NCBI GenBank assembly: GCA_002723345.1
Contig: PBNV01000004.1
Coordinates: 1,543 to 65,542 of the forward strand
From: Rhodospirillaceae bacterium
GTDB lineage: Bacteria > Pseudomonadota > Alphaproteobacteria > Rhodospirillales > UBA2165
Direction of reading: 5' to 3'
Length of the DNA stretch: 64,000 nt
Below, piece by piece: positions 8,744 to 19,900 of the stretch (position 1 is the first letter of the stretch; each line of letters starts with the position of its first letter). The translations under genes were made by a program, and so were the position numbers. Below the pieces are notes generated by a model. It made no database searches and was not told where the DNA came from. It was given only the letters and a program-made list of their open reading frames with translations.

Positions 8744-10408
8744 ATGGACGATCTTCCAGCGATAATGAAAACCGCTAAAGAATATCAAAATCAGGGGCGG
8801 CTCGATGAAGCCGAGGCTATCTATCTGAAGATTCTTGAAATTGATGGTTCAAACGCGGAAGCATTTCATCTTCTAGGCCTCATCTGTCACGCGAGGGGAA
8901 AATTTGATGTCGCGGCAGAGGCCATTGGTTCTGCCATTATCATCGACCCTGGCGTTGCCGAATTTCATGCCAATTTATCAGCGACTGAATTATCGCGGGG
9001 TCAACCGGCTCTAGCGAATAGCCATGCCCGGCGTGCCATCGAACTGGATCCCTCCCTTGATACAGCCCACTATAATTATGGAAATTCGTTTTTTGCACTG
9101 GGAAGGACGGACGATGCGCTCCGCGCCTTTCAAGCTGCACTGGGGCAGGACCCCGCCAATGACCACTACTGGGCAAACTATCTATTCACTTTAAACTTTG
9201 CACCCTCCGCCACCAGGCAATTCATCTATGAGGCGAATTGCCGTTGGGGCGAGGCAATGAAAGGGCTCAGCGATGGAACTTCTCTTCATCGATCAGCTGG
9301 CGTCGAGACCATGGCCCCGGCGCGCAAACTCAAACTTGCCTACTATCTACCCGAGCTCGACAAGCACGTAACCGTCCGGTTTTTGAACGCCATGCTCCCC
9401 TATCACGACCGGGACCGGTTTGAGGTTTTTATTTATGGCTTCCGGTCTGACGGTGGGCCCGCACCAAAGTTTCTCTTTGAAAGTGCGGATCGATGGGTTG
9501 ATGTGAGAGATCAGACCGAAGAGAGTATTGCCGGTATCATGCGCGCCAACGAGATCAACGTTCTTCTTCATCCCTGCACTTTTAAGGCACGTTACCGAAC
9601 CCTTCTGGCATATTTGCCTGCCCCGATACAAATCGCTTGTGTTAATCTGGTTTCTACTACTGGAATAAGTGCTACCACCCACCTTATTACGGACTCTTAC
9701 CTTGATCCGCCGGGCAAGACGGAAAAGTACTACACGGAAGATCTAATCCGGTTGTCCTCTTTTAATGTCTATCAACCGCCGCCCCAGGCGCCTGAAACCG
9801 CCTCATTGCCGGCTAACGAGAATGGATTCGTCACATTTGGATCATTTAACAACCCTGCCAAAATGACCCCGCAGACGTTGTCACTCTGGGCGGAAATTCT
9901 GATCAGGCTCCCGAGTAGCCGTCTGTTACTTAAACATAGGTTTTTTGACCATGCCGATGTTCAGGAGGCGTTCATCCGGCCCTTCCGTGAGGCTAATATT
10001 GATACCCAGCGGATTGCCTTCGACGGTTTTTCCCGGGAAAATGCAGAATATCTCGCCACCTACCACAGGGTGGATATCGGTCTTGATCCAATGCCCTTTG
10101 GTGGTGGCACCACTACATACGAGTCCATCTGGATGGGCGTCCCTGTGGTCACTTGCGCGGGCGACACTCTCATGGGTCGGCTGTCAGCCAGTCTGATGCA
10201 TAGGCTCGGACTTCCCGACTATGTGTGCGATACCCCGGACAAATATGTCGAGACAGTTCTTGACCGGTCAAACGACGTGCAGCATCTCTCAGCCGTGCGT
10301 GGAGCGCTCAGAGGCATGGCGAAAGAGACCATCTTCAATGGCCGGCAGTACGTTGCAGAACTGGAGGAGGCAGTTCAATCCTTGTGGCGGTCAGCTTCGC
10401 AAACCTAA
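8744..10408 (+). CDS. TPR + GT41 (SPINDLY/O-GlcNAc transferase-like) glycosyltransferase, divergent
   Basis: N-terminal TPRs; GFVTFGSFNNPAK, LDPMPFGGGTTTYESIWMGVPVVT, GRLSASL; ATG 8744 after GAGGTG. Confidence 0.85.
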   Translation: MDDLPAIMKTAKEYQNQGRLDEAEAIYLKILEIDGSNAEAFHLLGLICHARGKFDVAAEAIGSAIIIDPGVAEFHANLSATELSRGQPALANSHARRAIELDPSLDTAHYNYGNSFFALGRTDDALRAFQAALGQDPANDHYWANYLFTLNFAPSATRQFIYEANCRWGEAMKGLSDGTSLHRSAGVETMAPARKLKLAYYLPELDKHVTVRFLNAMLPYHDRDRFEVFIYGFRSDGGPAPKFLFESADRWVDVRDQTEESIAGIMRANEINVLLHPCTFKARYRTLLAYLPAPIQIACVNLVSTTGISATTHLITDSYLDPPGKTEKYYTEDLIRLSSFNVYQPPPQAPETASLPANENGFVTFGSFNNPAKMTPQTLSLWAEILIRLPSSRLLLKHRFFDHADVQEAFIRPFREANIDTQRIAFDGFSRENAEYLATYHRVDIGLDPMPFGGGTTTYESIWMGVPVVTCAGDTLMGRLSASLMHRLGLPDYVCDTPDKYVETVLDRSNDVQHLSAVRGALRGMAKETIFNGRQYVAELEEAVQSLWRSASQT

Positions 10409-10500
10409 GATTTACATTTCTCTGGATGGGGTCGCACCATATATAGACATGCTGCAGCTTTGGGGTTTGCAATTGTGCAGAGAGGCGGCAAAGTGGCGGC

Positions 10501-13500
10501 GTGACTGATCAGTGGCATATATGGATCGACCGGGGGGGAACGTTTACCGATGTTGTTGCCCGCAAACCGGACGGTACTCTCTTAACGGAGAAGCTCCTGT
10601 CCAACAACCCGGAACAGTACCAGGATGCCGCCCTTGCCGGCATTCGCCGCCTGTTAGACCTGGGAGCCGAGGAGCCGATCCCACCTCAGTCCATTCAGAC
10701 GGTCAAAATGGGCACTACGGTTGCCACGAACGCGCTTCTAGAACGCACGGGGGAGAGAACCCTTTTGGCAACCACACGAGGCTTTCGCGATGCCCTTCGC
10801 ATCGGATATCAAAACCGACCAGATCTGTTTGCCCTTGAGATTATCCTGCCGGACCAACTCTATGACAGGGTAATGGAAGTAACAGAACGTATCAGCGCTA
10901 TGGGGACAATTGTTACCCCACTCGACGAGGACGCTGTCCGTGCGGGCCTCCAGGACCATTTCTGCGACGGCTATCGGAGTTTGGCCATTGTCCTGATGCA
11001 CGGCTATCGGTTCACCAGTCACGAGCAACGCGTGGCTGAAATTGCACGCGACATTGGGTTCACCCAAGTATCTGTCTCCCACGAGGTCAGCCCCCTGATT
11101 AAATTTATCTCGAGAGGTGACACGACGGTCGTTGATGCCTACCTATCACCGATCCTCAAACGCTACGTCGATCAGGTGCAGCACGATCTTAAAGGTGTAC
11201 CGCTGATGTTCATGCAATCCAATGGGGGGTTGACCAGCGCCACCCTATTTCGCGGCAAAGATAGCATTCTCTCCGGCCCCGCGGGTGGTGTCGTTGGCGC
11301 TGCCAGGACAACGGCAATGGCGGGTTTTGATAAGGTGATTGGCTTTGATATGGGGGGTACATCCACGGATGTATCCCACTATGCCGGAACGTTCGAACGC
11401 TCGTTCGAGACCCAAGTCGCTGGCGTCCGGTTACGCTCACCCATTATGCATGTTCACACGGTGGCTGCTGGAGGCGGCTCCTTGCTGCAGTTTGATGGCG
11501 CTCGATTCAGGGTTGGTCCAGAGTCGGCCGGTGCCGATCCCGGACCGGCATGTTATGGACGCGGCGGCCCACTTACGGTTACGGATGCGAATGTTTTTCT
11601 AGGCCGGGTCCAACCTGCCCATTTTCCCCATGTCTTTGGCGAGAACGGAGAGGCCTACCTAGATTCGCAGGCAGCGGCACACAGGTTTCGCGCCCTGGCC
11701 AAGGAAGTGAATTCGGTTCTGGGTATTGTTATCAGCGCAGAGGCGGTTGCCGAGGGGTTCCTCAAGGTCGCTGTCGAAAATATGGCCAATGCGATTAAAA
11801 AAATTTCGGTTCAACGAGGGTATGACGTGACCGAATATACGCTGGCTTGTTTTGGCGGGGCCGGGGGTCAGCACGCCTGCCAAGTCGCCGATGCCTTGGG
11901 CATGACTACGGTCCATATCCATCCCCTTGCAGGGGTCTTGTCCGCCTACGGCATGGGTCTTGCCGAGATCACCGCCCACCGGGAACAGACCATTGAGCAA
12001 GAGCTTACGGCCCGGCTGGAAACCCCGCTAAACGACTTTGCCGATGCTTTGGCCAATGAAATTAGGACTGAGCTCGCGGGCCAGGGTATGGCCGTGGACA
12101 GGGTCCGGCTCTGCCATAACGCCCACCTCCGCTACGCCGGCACAGACACAGCGCTCGAAGTACCTCTCGGACCAGTCCAGGAAATGGAACGTGCCTTCCA
12201 AACCGCGCACGGTGCGCGGTTTGGATTTACCGATCCTGGACGGGACCTCATCGTGGAGTCCCTCACCGTCGAGGGAACCGGCGAGACGGAAAAAACATCT
12301 GAAGCCAGCATCGCCCAGAGCACCCAGGCACCTAAACCGATCGATACTGTCCCGCTTCATTTGGACGGGACGACTTGCACGGCACCCGTTTTCAATCGGG
12401 ACACGCTACGACATGGTGACAACATTCGGGGACCAGCCATTCTTGCGGAGCGAACGGGAACCACCATTGTCGAACCCGGCTGGACGGCGAAAGTCAACGC
12501 ACAGGGACATTTGATCATGACCCGTGTCGCCCCCCGGTGTGACGCGCCAGCGATAGGAACCAACGCAGATCCAGTGATGCTGGAGGTCTTCAATAATTTA
12601 TTTATGTCAATTGCCGAGCAAATGGGCGCCGTGCTTGCCAACACGGCCAGTTCCGTGAACATTAAGGAGCGTCTCGATTTTTCCTGCGCGATTTTCGACG
12701 CAGAAGGCGGCTTGATCGCCAACGCACCTCACTTGCCCATTCATCTGGGTTCCATGGGCGAGAGCGTCCAAACCATTATCCGGCAACGGGCTTACACCAT
12801 CAGACCCGGACAGGTATTCGCCCTCAACGCACCTTATAACGGCGGTACTCATCTGCCCGATATCACAGTGATTACGCCCGTTTTCGATACGGCGGGGCAG
12901 TCGATCCTGTTTTATCTGGGTGCCCGCGGGCATCACGCAGACGTGGGGGGTATCACGCCGGGCTCGATTCCTGCCTTCAGTGGTACCGTCGATGAGGAGG
13001 GAGTCCTTATCGATGATTTTCTGCTCGTCGAGGCCGGCAGACTGCGGGAGACGGAACTGCGGGAGATGCTTGCATCCGGCCCGCATCCAGCGCGCGACAT
13101 TAATCAGAACGTGGCTGATTTCAAGGCGCAGATCGCCGCCAATGAAAAAGGCATCCAGGAACTGCTGAAGATGATCGATCACTTTGGGCTGGATGTCGTG
13201 CAGTCTTACATGAAACATGTCAAAGATAATGCCGCCGAGTCGGTCCGCCGAGTACTAGACGCTCTGCCAGACGGATCCTTCGAACTTACCTTGGATCATG
13301 GCGGTACCATCAAGGTCAGCATCACCGTGGATAAGGCCGCGCGCCGGGCCAAAGTCGATTTTTCCGGCACTAGCAGTCAGGTTCCGACTAATTTTAACGC
13401 CCCGCTGGCCGTGTGCCGGGCAGCTGTGCTCTATGTGTTCCGGTGCCTCGTACAGGACAATATCCCTCTCAACGACGGCTGTCTTGATCCCCTCGAACTG

Positions 13501-14094
13501 GTTGTACCGGTAGGTAGTTTTCTGAACCCCGCCTATCCAGCGGCAGTGGTTGCCGGTAATGTGGAAACGTCTCAGGCCGTCACGGCGGTGCTTTTTGGTG
13601 CGACTGGGGCACTGGCGGCCGGGCAAACTACCATGAACAACCTCACTTTCGGAAATGCCGAGCATCAATATTATGAACCCATCTGCGGCGGGGCTGGCGC
13701 AGGAGCTGGTTTTAACGGTGCTTCGGCTGTCCACACGCATATGACCAACACGCGGCTTACAGATCCTGAAATTCTCGAATGGCGGCATCCTGTTCTGCTC
13801 GAAGACTTTCGCATTAGAGAACAGTCTGGTGGCGACGGGGCCTACCAGGGAGGTGACGGTGCCATCCGCCGAATTCGGTTTTTAGATCATATGACGGCCT
13901 CCATAGTTTCTAGCACTCGAAAGACTGTTCCCTTCGGTCTTCAGGGTGGTAGCGCGGGACAGCGTGGCAGAAATTATGTGGAAAGGACGGACGGTTCCGT
14001 GACGGCCCTCAAGGGGTCAGATCAAACGGAGATGGCCCCGGGCGACGTCTTGGTCATTGAAACGCCAGGTGGTGGCGGGTTTGGCCGCAGCTGA
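10501..14094 (+). CDS. fused hydantoinase A/B, ATP-dependent 5-oxoprolinase
   Basis: IDRGGTFTD, MGTTVATNALLER, SGPAGG, FDMGGTSTDVSH, TVAAGGGS, NIKERLDFSCA, GGTHLPD, GNVETSQ, HTHMTNTRLTDPE, TPGGGGFG. Confidence 0.95.
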   Translation: MTDQWHIWIDRGGTFTDVVARKPDGTLLTEKLLSNNPEQYQDAALAGIRRLLDLGAEEPIPPQSIQTVKMGTTVATNALLERTGERTLLATTRGFRDALRIGYQNRPDLFALEIILPDQLYDRVMEVTERISAMGTIVTPLDEDAVRAGLQDHFCDGYRSLAIVLMHGYRFTSHEQRVAEIARDIGFTQVSVSHEVSPLIKFISRGDTTVVDAYLSPILKRYVDQVQHDLKGVPLMFMQSNGGLTSATLFRGKDSILSGPAGGVVGAARTTAMAGFDKVIGFDMGGTSTDVSHYAGTFERSFETQVAGVRLRSPIMHVHTVAAGGGSLLQFDGARFRVGPESAGADPGPACYGRGGPLTVTDANVFLGRVQPAHFPHVFGENGEAYLDSQAAAHRFRALAKEVNSVLGIVISAEAVAEGFLKVAVENMANAIKKISVQRGYDVTEYTLACFGGAGGQHACQVADALGMTTVHIHPLAGVLSAYGMGLAEITAHREQTIEQELTARLETPLNDFADALANEIRTELAGQGMAVDRVRLCHNAHLRYAGTDTALEVPLGPVQEMERAFQTAHGARFGFTDPGRDLIVESLTVEGTGETEKTSEASIAQSTQAPKPIDTVPLHLDGTTCTAPVFNRDTLRHGDNIRGPAILAERTGTTIVEPGWTAKVNAQGHLIMTRVAPRCDAPAIGTNADPVMLEVFNNLFMSIAEQMGAVLANTASSVNIKERLDFSCAIFDAEGGLIANAPHLPIHLGSMGESVQTIIRQRAYTIRPGQVFALNAPYNGGTHLPDITVITPVFDTAGQSILFYLGARGHHADVGGITPGSIPAFSGTVDEEGVLIDDFLLVEAGRLRETELREMLASGPHPARDINQNVADFKAQIAANEKGIQELLKMIDHFGLDVVQSYMKHVKDNAAESVRRVLDALPDGSFELTLDHGGTIKVSITVDKAARRAKVDFSGTSSQVPTNFNAPLAVCRAAVLYVFRCLVQDNIPLNDGCLDPLELVVPVGSFLNPAYPAAVVAGNVETSQAVTAVLFGATGALAAGQTTMNNLTFGNAEHQYYEPICGGAGAGAGFNGASAVHTHMTNTRLTDPEILEWRHPVLLEDFRIREQSGGDGAYQGGDGAIRRIRFLDHMTASIVSSTRKTVPFGLQGGSAGQRGRNYVERTDGSVTALKGSDQTEMAPGDVLVIETPGGGGFGRS

Positions 14095-14097
14095 TCC

Positions 14098-15399
14098 CTA
14101 GCTTTCAGGTCCGCCTGTCGGGACCGCTTCCAGGCGAGCTGCCAGTTGATTGGACCGCGGGATCACATAGGCCAGCACAACAACAAATGCCAAGGTCACA
14201 GTCACCATCCCCCAACGGAAGCCGAGCCAACTGTTAAGGGCACCCAGCAGGACGGCCCCGGTCGGCACTCCTCCCCGCATGATAATACCCCACAAGCCCA
14301 TGACCCGGCCCCGCATTTCATCGTGGATCGCACTTTGCACAAGGACTTGGCCGCCGATGCCGGCCGCTGTCACGGCGAATCCCATGCCTGCCACAGTCGT
14401 CACAGCAACAATGAAGGTCAGGCTGAAGGCAAACATGAGCTGAATGATAACATTGAAAACAAAAAATCCTAGGACCAGGCGCACCAGTCCCTCAACCTTA
14501 CTCAGGTTGGCTATGAGCAACGCCCCGAAAACCGCCCCGATCCCAGTTGCACCGGTGAGGATAGCCAGTCCCTCCGCACCACGCTGGAAAATTTCATCGG
14601 AAATGCCTGGAAACATCTCTCGGAATGGCCGCATGAAGAGCGATGTGCTCATCATCAACATTAGGACAAGCAGCAGCCCGTTAGTACGCCTTACGTATCG
14701 GAGTCCGGCCATAAAATCTTCAAAGAACGTGGCGGCTTGCTCTCCCCGGCGTTCTTCAGCCGCACCCTCCCGGAAGCGAATTTTAAACAGTACAAGAAGA
14801 TACGCAAGGAACGTGACAGAATTGAAAGCAAAAGCAAATCCGAACTGGGTTTCTGACGTATCGAATACGGCAATAAAGACGCCTGCTACCGCCGGACCCA
14901 CGAATTGGGCCAAGTTGAAGAGAGATGCGTTAATGCCGAGGGCGGAAGAGAGGTCCTTCCGGGGCACTAAATTCGGCGGAATGGAGAGCCTGACAGGCGT
15001 CCAAAATCCCTCGGCGATGCCGCTCAACACCATCAAGACAAGAAGGATCCAGATGTTGATGAGACCGAGAAAAGTTAGCGTGGCAAGAACGGCGGCGAGG
15101 AGTATCAGACCCATCTGCGTCAAACGCCCGAGGAACAATCGGTCAACCCGATCTACATAAGTTCCTGCGATGGGAATAATCACTGTGGTAGCAAGCCCCT
15201 CGGCGAAGACAACAACGCCGAGCCAGAGGAAACTCTCCGTAAACGTCCACGTGAGCCAGCCGACCGCAATTCGCTGAACCCAAAGCCCGATGTTAGAGAG
15301 CCAGCCGGCCGCCGCGTAAATGGCATAATCACGGTGACGCAATGCCCGGCCCATTCCCTTGTTGGCGAGAAAAAACATCATGGACGAGATCGTGTTCAT
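14098..15399 (-). CDS. MFS transporter (MFS_3/H+ antiporter-like)
   Basis: About 12 TM; GTYVDRVDRL, VPRKDLSSALGINASLFNLAQFVGPAVAG, MRGRVMGLW. Confidence 0.9.
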   Translation of the reverse strand: MNTISSMMFFLANKGMGRALRHRDYAIYAAAGWLSNIGLWVQRIAVGWLTWTFTESFLWLGVVVFAEGLATTVIIPIAGTYVDRVDRLFLGRLTQMGLILLAAVLATLTFLGLINIWILLVLMVLSGIAEGFWTPVRLSIPPNLVPRKDLSSALGINASLFNLAQFVGPAVAGVFIAVFDTSETQFGFAFAFNSVTFLAYLLVLFKIRFREGAAEERRGEQAATFFEDFMAGLRYVRRTNGLLLVLMLMMSTSLFMRPFREMFPGISDEIFQRGAEGLAILTGATGIGAVFGALLIANLSKVEGLVRLVLGFFVFNVIIQLMFAFSLTFIVAVTTVAGMGFAVTAAGIGGQVLVQSAIHDEMRGRVMGLWGIIMRGGVPTGAVLLGALNSWLGFRWGMVTVTLAFVVVLAYVIPRSNQLAARLEAVPTGGPES

Positions 15400-16655
15400 G
15401 CGGTTTTTTCCAACTCGCTGGACAGCCGCTTATATCCCGGGATCACCAGGGCGATGGAGAACAGACAGAAGGCGCCGCCCAGGATCACCGGCCACTGAAA
15501 TCCAACCAAGGTGGAGGCCGAACCCAGCAAGAGCGCCCCCACGGACGGCCCTGCCCGGTAAGTAAGTCCATAGAGGCTCAAAACCCTTCCCCGGAACGCC
15601 CCATCAACCGTATTCTGAATGAGGACCTGGGAGGCATTGGCCGTAATCGCCATAGTAAGCCCGGCAAATGCGGCACAAATGAGGGCAAACCAGAACACCG
15701 TTGTGGAGGCAAACAAGATCAACGCGATTGCTGTAATAAACAAGGTTACCAGGGACACCTTCATCAACCCCTCGGTCTTGCCGTAATTTGCAAGCCAAAA
15801 CGCACCCACAATTCCGCCACCGCCGACGGCGGAAAACAATATCCCCAAACCTTCCGCCCCCTGATCAAAGACCTCGTCCGCGAAACCCGGGAAAAGTTCC
15901 AGGAAGGAACGAGAGAAGATGGCGCTTACCATAATTAGAAGCAATAAGGGGCCGATACTGGTGTGGCGAAGCACATAGGTGACGCCTTCCAGTATATCGG
16001 AACCGAGTCCTTTGCGCTTACCCCCCGTTTGTTCATGGCGGTTAAGCTCGACAAATTGCAAGCCAATACTGAAGGCGAGCATGCCAAACACGGCGGTTAC
16101 GAACGCTGCCCCAGCGCCAAATTGTGCAATTACCACCCCGGCAATCATGGGACCAAAGAACCGAGAAATATTAAAGAGCGCGGAATTGAGACCAATGGCC
16201 GGGGTCAGATCGTCTTTTGGCACTAAGTTTGGCGCCATGGTCATGCGTGCTGGCAAGTGAAACGATTGAACGAGGCCGTAACAGAAGGAGAGCAACGTAA
16301 GCAGATAAATGTTGATCATGCCGGCGACGGTTAAAGCTGCCAGGAGAGCAGCGAGCGCGACCTGTGTTATTTGGAGAACCCGCAGCAACTTCAGCCGGTC
16401 CACGCGGTCAACCACCGCACCAGCGACGGCTACCAACAAAATCAACGGAACGGCCTCTGCGGTCACCAGCATGCCAAGCCAAAAGCCGGAATGGGTGAGA
16501 TCCCAGGCCAGCCAACCCATCGCAACCCGCTGCTGCCAAATTCCCATAATAGAGGCGAAATTAGTTAGCGAATAGAGCCGGTAGTGCGGGTGACGTAGCG
16601 ATCGGCCAATGCCGGTTTCAAAAAACTTGGTCGCCAGGCTGCCGGAAAGACTCAA
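15396..16655 (-). CDS. MFS transporter, paralog of the downstream gene
   Basis: GAVVDRVDRL, VPKDDLTPAIGLNSALFNISRFFGPMIAG, FRGRVLSLY; 4-nt ATGA overlap with next gene. Confidence 0.9.
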   Translation of the reverse strand: MSLSGSLATKFFETGIGRSLRHPHYRLYSLTNFASIMGIWQQRVAMGWLAWDLTHSGFWLGMLVTAEAVPLILLVAVAGAVVDRVDRLKLLRVLQITQVALAALLAALTVAGMINIYLLTLLSFCYGLVQSFHLPARMTMAPNLVPKDDLTPAIGLNSALFNISRFFGPMIAGVVIAQFGAGAAFVTAVFGMLAFSIGLQFVELNRHEQTGGKRKGLGSDILEGVTYVLRHTSIGPLLLLIMVSAIFSRSFLELFPGFADEVFDQGAEGLGILFSAVGGGGIVGAFWLANYGKTEGLMKVSLVTLFITAIALILFASTTVFWFALICAAFAGLTMAITANASQVLIQNTVDGAFRGRVLSLYGLTYRAGPSVGALLLGSASTLVGFQWPVILGGAFCLFSIALVIPGYKRLSSELEKTA

Positions 16656-16960
16656 CGGTCTAAGATTCCTTTTTGTTCGTCGACCACCACGGGCAAGTGC
16701 CCAGGGCGATTGCGTTTGCCCCAGACTGGCGGCGTATCGCGGTGATCATTTTTTTGAGGAGCGGCTATCAAACTCCAAACTAAGATAATCCGCGGCATTG
16801 AACAGAACAAACATATATTTTCGCCGATATATCAGAGAGTCCAATTGCGCCCCGAAGCAAGAATAACTACACTTAAATCGTCGGTTAATAGCGGACCCGT
16901 CTAATGACCAAAGACCCACAATCTCCGAAACACCGATGACAACCCGAAAGAGCCCAACAA

Positions 16961-19900
16961 TTGAAAAAACTTCTTATGAGCGTCGCAACCATAGCCATCA
17001 TTCTTGTGGCAACGGTTCTTATCCTGCCGACCTTCATCAATTGGAACCAATACCGGGAAGAGATCACTTCTCAGGTGCGCAACGCCCTTGGCCAAGAGTT
17101 GAATATTAAAGGCGATATTAAGCTCACCATTCTTCCCTCTCCGGCGCTGGCAATCAACGGCATCCACTTGGCCAATGTGGAGGGAACCTCAACAGCAGAT
17201 ATCGTGACCTTGAGATCACTCGAAGTAAACATCGCGCTCATCCCCCTCCTCGGCCAAAACATTCAGATCACGAGCGTCCGTCTTGTGGAGCCGGTGGTTA
17301 ACCTGGAAATTCTTGAGGATGGCACTAACAACCTAGCTTTTGGCACGGCAAAAAAGGAGCAACCGGAGGGGAGTATTTCATCCTCTGTAGCCGCCACCGA
17401 CACACCAACGGCGCGCAAGCAGGCGAATGGTAATGGGCTCGGCATACCCTCTTTCGGGGGCTTTGCCGTGCAGATTGACAGCTTTGTAATAGAAAATGGT
17501 CAGCTCACATTCCGCGACGTGCCGAGGGGCCGCGTAGAGAGGCTTGATACTGTCAACGGCAAATTCCGATTAGCCTCACTCAATGGCCCGATGGAAATAG
17601 ATGGCAACGCGCTTATTCGTAAAATTCCGATTAGCTTTTCGGCGTCAGTGGGCCAAATCGTGCAAGACCGCACGCTTCCCTTCCGCGCGGCGGCCAAGGT
17701 AATTCCGGGGGATGTGAACCTTTCCTACAGTGGGGCTATTTCAAACTTGAGGGAAATCCCCATGCTGAAGGGAAAATTCTCCCTTAAAGGGGAGAACCTC
17801 AATACCTTTGTATCTGGTGTTGCAAACGGCATGGCACTTCCGCCGGCCTTGGGCCGGGCCTTCAGCGCCCAAGCAACAATCGCCGCCAGCCAGTCCAAAA
17901 TAAGCATTCCTGATTTAGCCTTTTCGCTGGACGATACGAAGGGCACGGGAGAGATAACCGCCGTGCTCGGGCCGACCCCGGGTGCAAACGTGATGTTGGC
18001 AATCAACAAAATCGATTTGGACAAGCTTCTAGGGACACCATCTCACCCAATCCCGGCAACCCCCAAAGAGCCGACCACCTCGTCGGCTCCGTCGACCTCC
18101 TCGCCCCCTCGGGGCATTCAGCCCAGCGCCTCCCAAAGCGCCGATACGCCTCTAAGCTTGGCTACTCTGCCAGAAAACTTGGTTTCCAGCCTGAGCCTGT
18201 CTATTGAGGCGCTGAAATTTAAAGGCAAAGCCATCCGCCAAGCAAATCTGACCGCCGAACTGGCAGGCCGGGAGGTGACTTTAAGTCAATTGTCTGCTCT
18301 GCTTCCCGGCAATACTGATCTCGCGATGTTTGGATTTATCTCTCAAAATGGCCGCGCGCCCGCGTTCGACGGAACGGTGGATATGGCCACCAATGATCTT
18401 CGTGGCATGCTGGATTGGCTCGGCACCGACGTCAGCGGCATCGCCCGGGACCGGCTCCGCAAATTATCTTTCTCCGGTAAAGTTTTCGCCGGACCGCGGG
18501 CACTCAACCTTTCCGACTTTGATGTACAGGTCGATAAAACCAAGATCAAAGGGGCGGCGGTTATCTCACACGGAGAACGGGTGTCCCTAGGCCTCAATTT
18601 AGATGTGGATAGGATTAACCTGGACGCCTATTTTCCGGTACCGAAAAAATCTGCGGCGCCAAAAAAAGAATTAACCCCGAAATTACAGGGGACATCACAA
18701 GACCAAAGACCCGCTGGACCTAATTCGCCTCCTGCACCATCTCCCGGTGATAATCCTCTGGCGCACCTTGGATTGTTGGGCGCATTAGATATAAACCTCA
18801 AAGCAAAAGTCGGTTCACTGAACGTCAAAGGGGTCCCGGTGTCTAATCTCGCGGCCGACTCTGTGTTTTCAAACGGCCGGTTAACCTTCAACGATCTTAG
18901 TTTCCAGAACCTCGCCGGCATTCGCGGCAAATTAACCGGCAACCTCGCAGGGCTAGCACCCGTCGAAGGCGTTGCGGACCCAACCTTCCAGGACTTCACG
19001 TTCGACGTTCGGGGAGAGTCCCTCAGGCGGTTTTTCAAGTTCGCCGAGATCAAATCTCCAATCGACCCCGGGACATTCGGCGCAGTTGCCCTCACTGGCT
19101 CGCTAAACGGGCCTCCCCGGACTCTCAATGTGACAGCGGCCATAAGGGCGCTGAGAGGTCGCTTTGGAATCGATGGAACAGTCAAACCCCTAGGTCCGGT
19201 ACCTAGTCTGACCGGTCAATTGTCCTTCTCCCATCCAAGCGTTATCAGGCTCCTGCGGGCCTTTGATATCAAGTACCGTCCGGCTGACCGTAACCTCGGC
19301 GGCGTCAAGCTCAAAAGCAACATTATCGCATCATCGGCGGCCATTACACTCTCCCGCATGACCGGTGAGGCCACGGGCGTCTCATTCCGCGGCGACCTTG
19401 CGCTTAAACTCAACGGGCCAAAGCCAGCCGTGACGGCAAATCTGACTACCGGCGCGTTGGATTTGAACAAATATGGATCTAAGGCCCAAAAAGCGTCCTC
19501 GAAGGACGAACTACTCTGGCGTTACGCCTTTGAAGCTGAGCCGCCCCGTGCGCGCTTCCATAAAGCCTCCTGGTCGCGACTGTCGCGTGCACCTAAGTCC
19601 CAAATGCTTTTTAAAAATGTGATAAGCAGACTCTGGTCAAATGACCCGATGGATGTATCTGTGCTGAATAGCTTTGATGCAGACGTCACACTCAAGACCC
19701 CTCGGCTCACATTCGGTAAACTCCCTCTAGACAACGCCGATCTGGCCGTAGCACTGCATAACGGCGTCCTCGACGTGCGTCGAGCCACAGGGAACCTTTT
19801 TCTAGGCAAGGTCAAACTGGTTGGTAAGGCCGTAGCGACATCCGGCACGGCGCAGTATCAAAGCCGCTTCACCCTTCAAGGCGTCAGCATGCCATTGGCT

